A stretch of DNA of 64,000 nucleotides from positions 175,219,741-175,283,740 of the forward strand of contig CM041465.1 of the NCBI GenBank assembly GCA_023213395.1. The letters run 5' to 3'. The stretch is from Cycas panzhihuaensis (taxonomy: Eukaryota > Plantae > Cycadophyta). The translations under genes were made by a program, and so were the position numbers. The notes under the pieces are model-generated. The model had not been told where the DNA came from, searched no databases, and saw only the letters and a program-made list of their open reading frames with translations. Shown piece after piece: positions 62,990 through 64,000 of this stretch (position 1 is the first letter of the stretch; each line of letters begins with the position of its first letter).

Positions 62990-63363
62990 TGTGTGCGGTT
63001 GAATTAGTTGCAACCAGATTAATATAATTGAATTGTCAAAGAGTGGTTGCAACCAACTTGAGTTGCAGTTACAAAAGATAAAGTATAAATGTAAAAGGGC
63101 ATTTGGGGGTGTGACAATTTTTGCTACTGGTGTGTGGAACGTAGTTCGTCTATATACTTGTACCTACTGTAAATTGTCCCAATGACTATGTGTACTATTT
63201 CGGGTTATCTCTGGTTGTGAGAGGACCAGAGCAACTCGTCATAATGGAATGAATATGGTTTTTGGCCTCATACAATTGTTGTTTTCAGAATGCTTGAATG
63301 AATGACTTTGTAATATTGTTGCTCTTGTGCCTACTTATGCGTGTTGATAGGTAGAACCACACA
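62990..63363 (+). repeat. 3' LTR (~374 bp) of the Gypsy at 50906-63363
   Basis: Starts TGTGTG after purine run GGAGAGA and ends CCACACA. TATA-like gtataaat at ~63083. An identical end at 62908 is followed by a PBS. No paired 5' LTR in the window. Confidence 0.7.
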
Positions 63364-64000
63364 TAGACAAAAACAAAGACCAGTAAAGCCTCAACTTTCT
63401 TTGCTCATTAAGAACGAGATTGAAAATCTTTTAAGGGCAAAATTCATTTACCTTGTTGATGATCCTAAGTGGGTTTCGAATATTGTTCCTATTATGAAGA
63501 AAAATGGAACTATTCAAGTTTGTGTTGACCTTCGTCAACTTAATAAAGGATGTCCTAAGGACGATTATCCTTTACCATTCATCAACTCAATTGTTGATTC
63601 TACTACTGGTTTGAAGTCATGTCTTTGATGGACGCTTTCTCTAGCTATAACCTAACTTGTCTAATTGAAAAAGACCAAATAAAAACCTCATTCACTACCC
63701 CTTGGGGTAACTATGTTTATTGTGTCATGCCACTTGGCTTTATCAATGTTGGTGTTACTTATCAATGAGCAATGACGATTGCATTTCACGATCTCATTTC
63801 TAATGATTTAGTAAACACCTATGTTGATGATCTAAATGGACAATCACATACACGTCTTAACCATTTACATGACTTAAGATTGATATTTGAAAGGCATATC
63901 AAATATCTAATCTGTTTCCTGCCAAATGTGTATTTGATTTTATAGTCGTTATAGCTAGTGTTCAACGGGATCAACATTGATCCTAATAAAGTTAAAGTTG
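63364..64000 (+). mobile_element. Tat/Ogre-type Gypsy RT fragment (probable host of the preceding element)
   Basis: RQKQRPV...WVSNIVPIMKKNGTIQVCVDLRQLNKGCPKDDYPLPFI, then FTTPWG and YVDD (~63820). Runs off the window end. Confidence 0.88.

Larger units (their letters stand above)
50906..63363 (+). mobile_element. 5'-truncated non-chromoviral Gypsy (RT-RH-INT, tandem array, extra ORF, U5+tRNA cassette, 3' LTR), interrupted by a chromovirus
   Basis: RT MNPKYKVK..WVSPVVV..CVDYRALN (51160-), RH ORF 51951-52733, INT 52744-53575 resuming in frame at 59320 (IKPR|KLKL*WLGPY...VNGSRLK). 3' LTR 62990-63363 (TGTG..CACA). Confidence 0.85.

Overview
AT-rich plant nuclear DNA, gymnosperm-like (inferred from the TE families and intron size). 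It consists almost entirely of nested, decayed LTR retrotransposons: about 5 Copia or Copia-derived elements, 1 Gag-only non-autonomous element and about 6 Ty3/Gypsy elements or fragments. They surround two small minus-strand exons (21457-21588, 21189-21329) encoding the HD hydrolase domain of a RelA/SpoT homolog, so most of the window is probably giant intron. The most striking observation is in the 3' UTR of a non-chromoviral Gypsy element. Just before its 3' LTR it carries a copy of its own LTR end fused to a full-length, CCA-tailed antisense tRNA-Glu (62910-62985), with a lone A58->T change expected from RT read-through of m1A58. This looks like a fossilised, fully copied primer tRNA. Other oddities: a Copia flanked by a ~312-bp direct repeat instead of a 5-bp TSD, a Gypsy with four zinc knuckles and a second Gag-like module between protease and RT, a Gag/acidic-fusion non-autonomous element, an RNaseH-only mini-element, and a palindrome-cored tandem array. 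All alignments and counts were made by eye.
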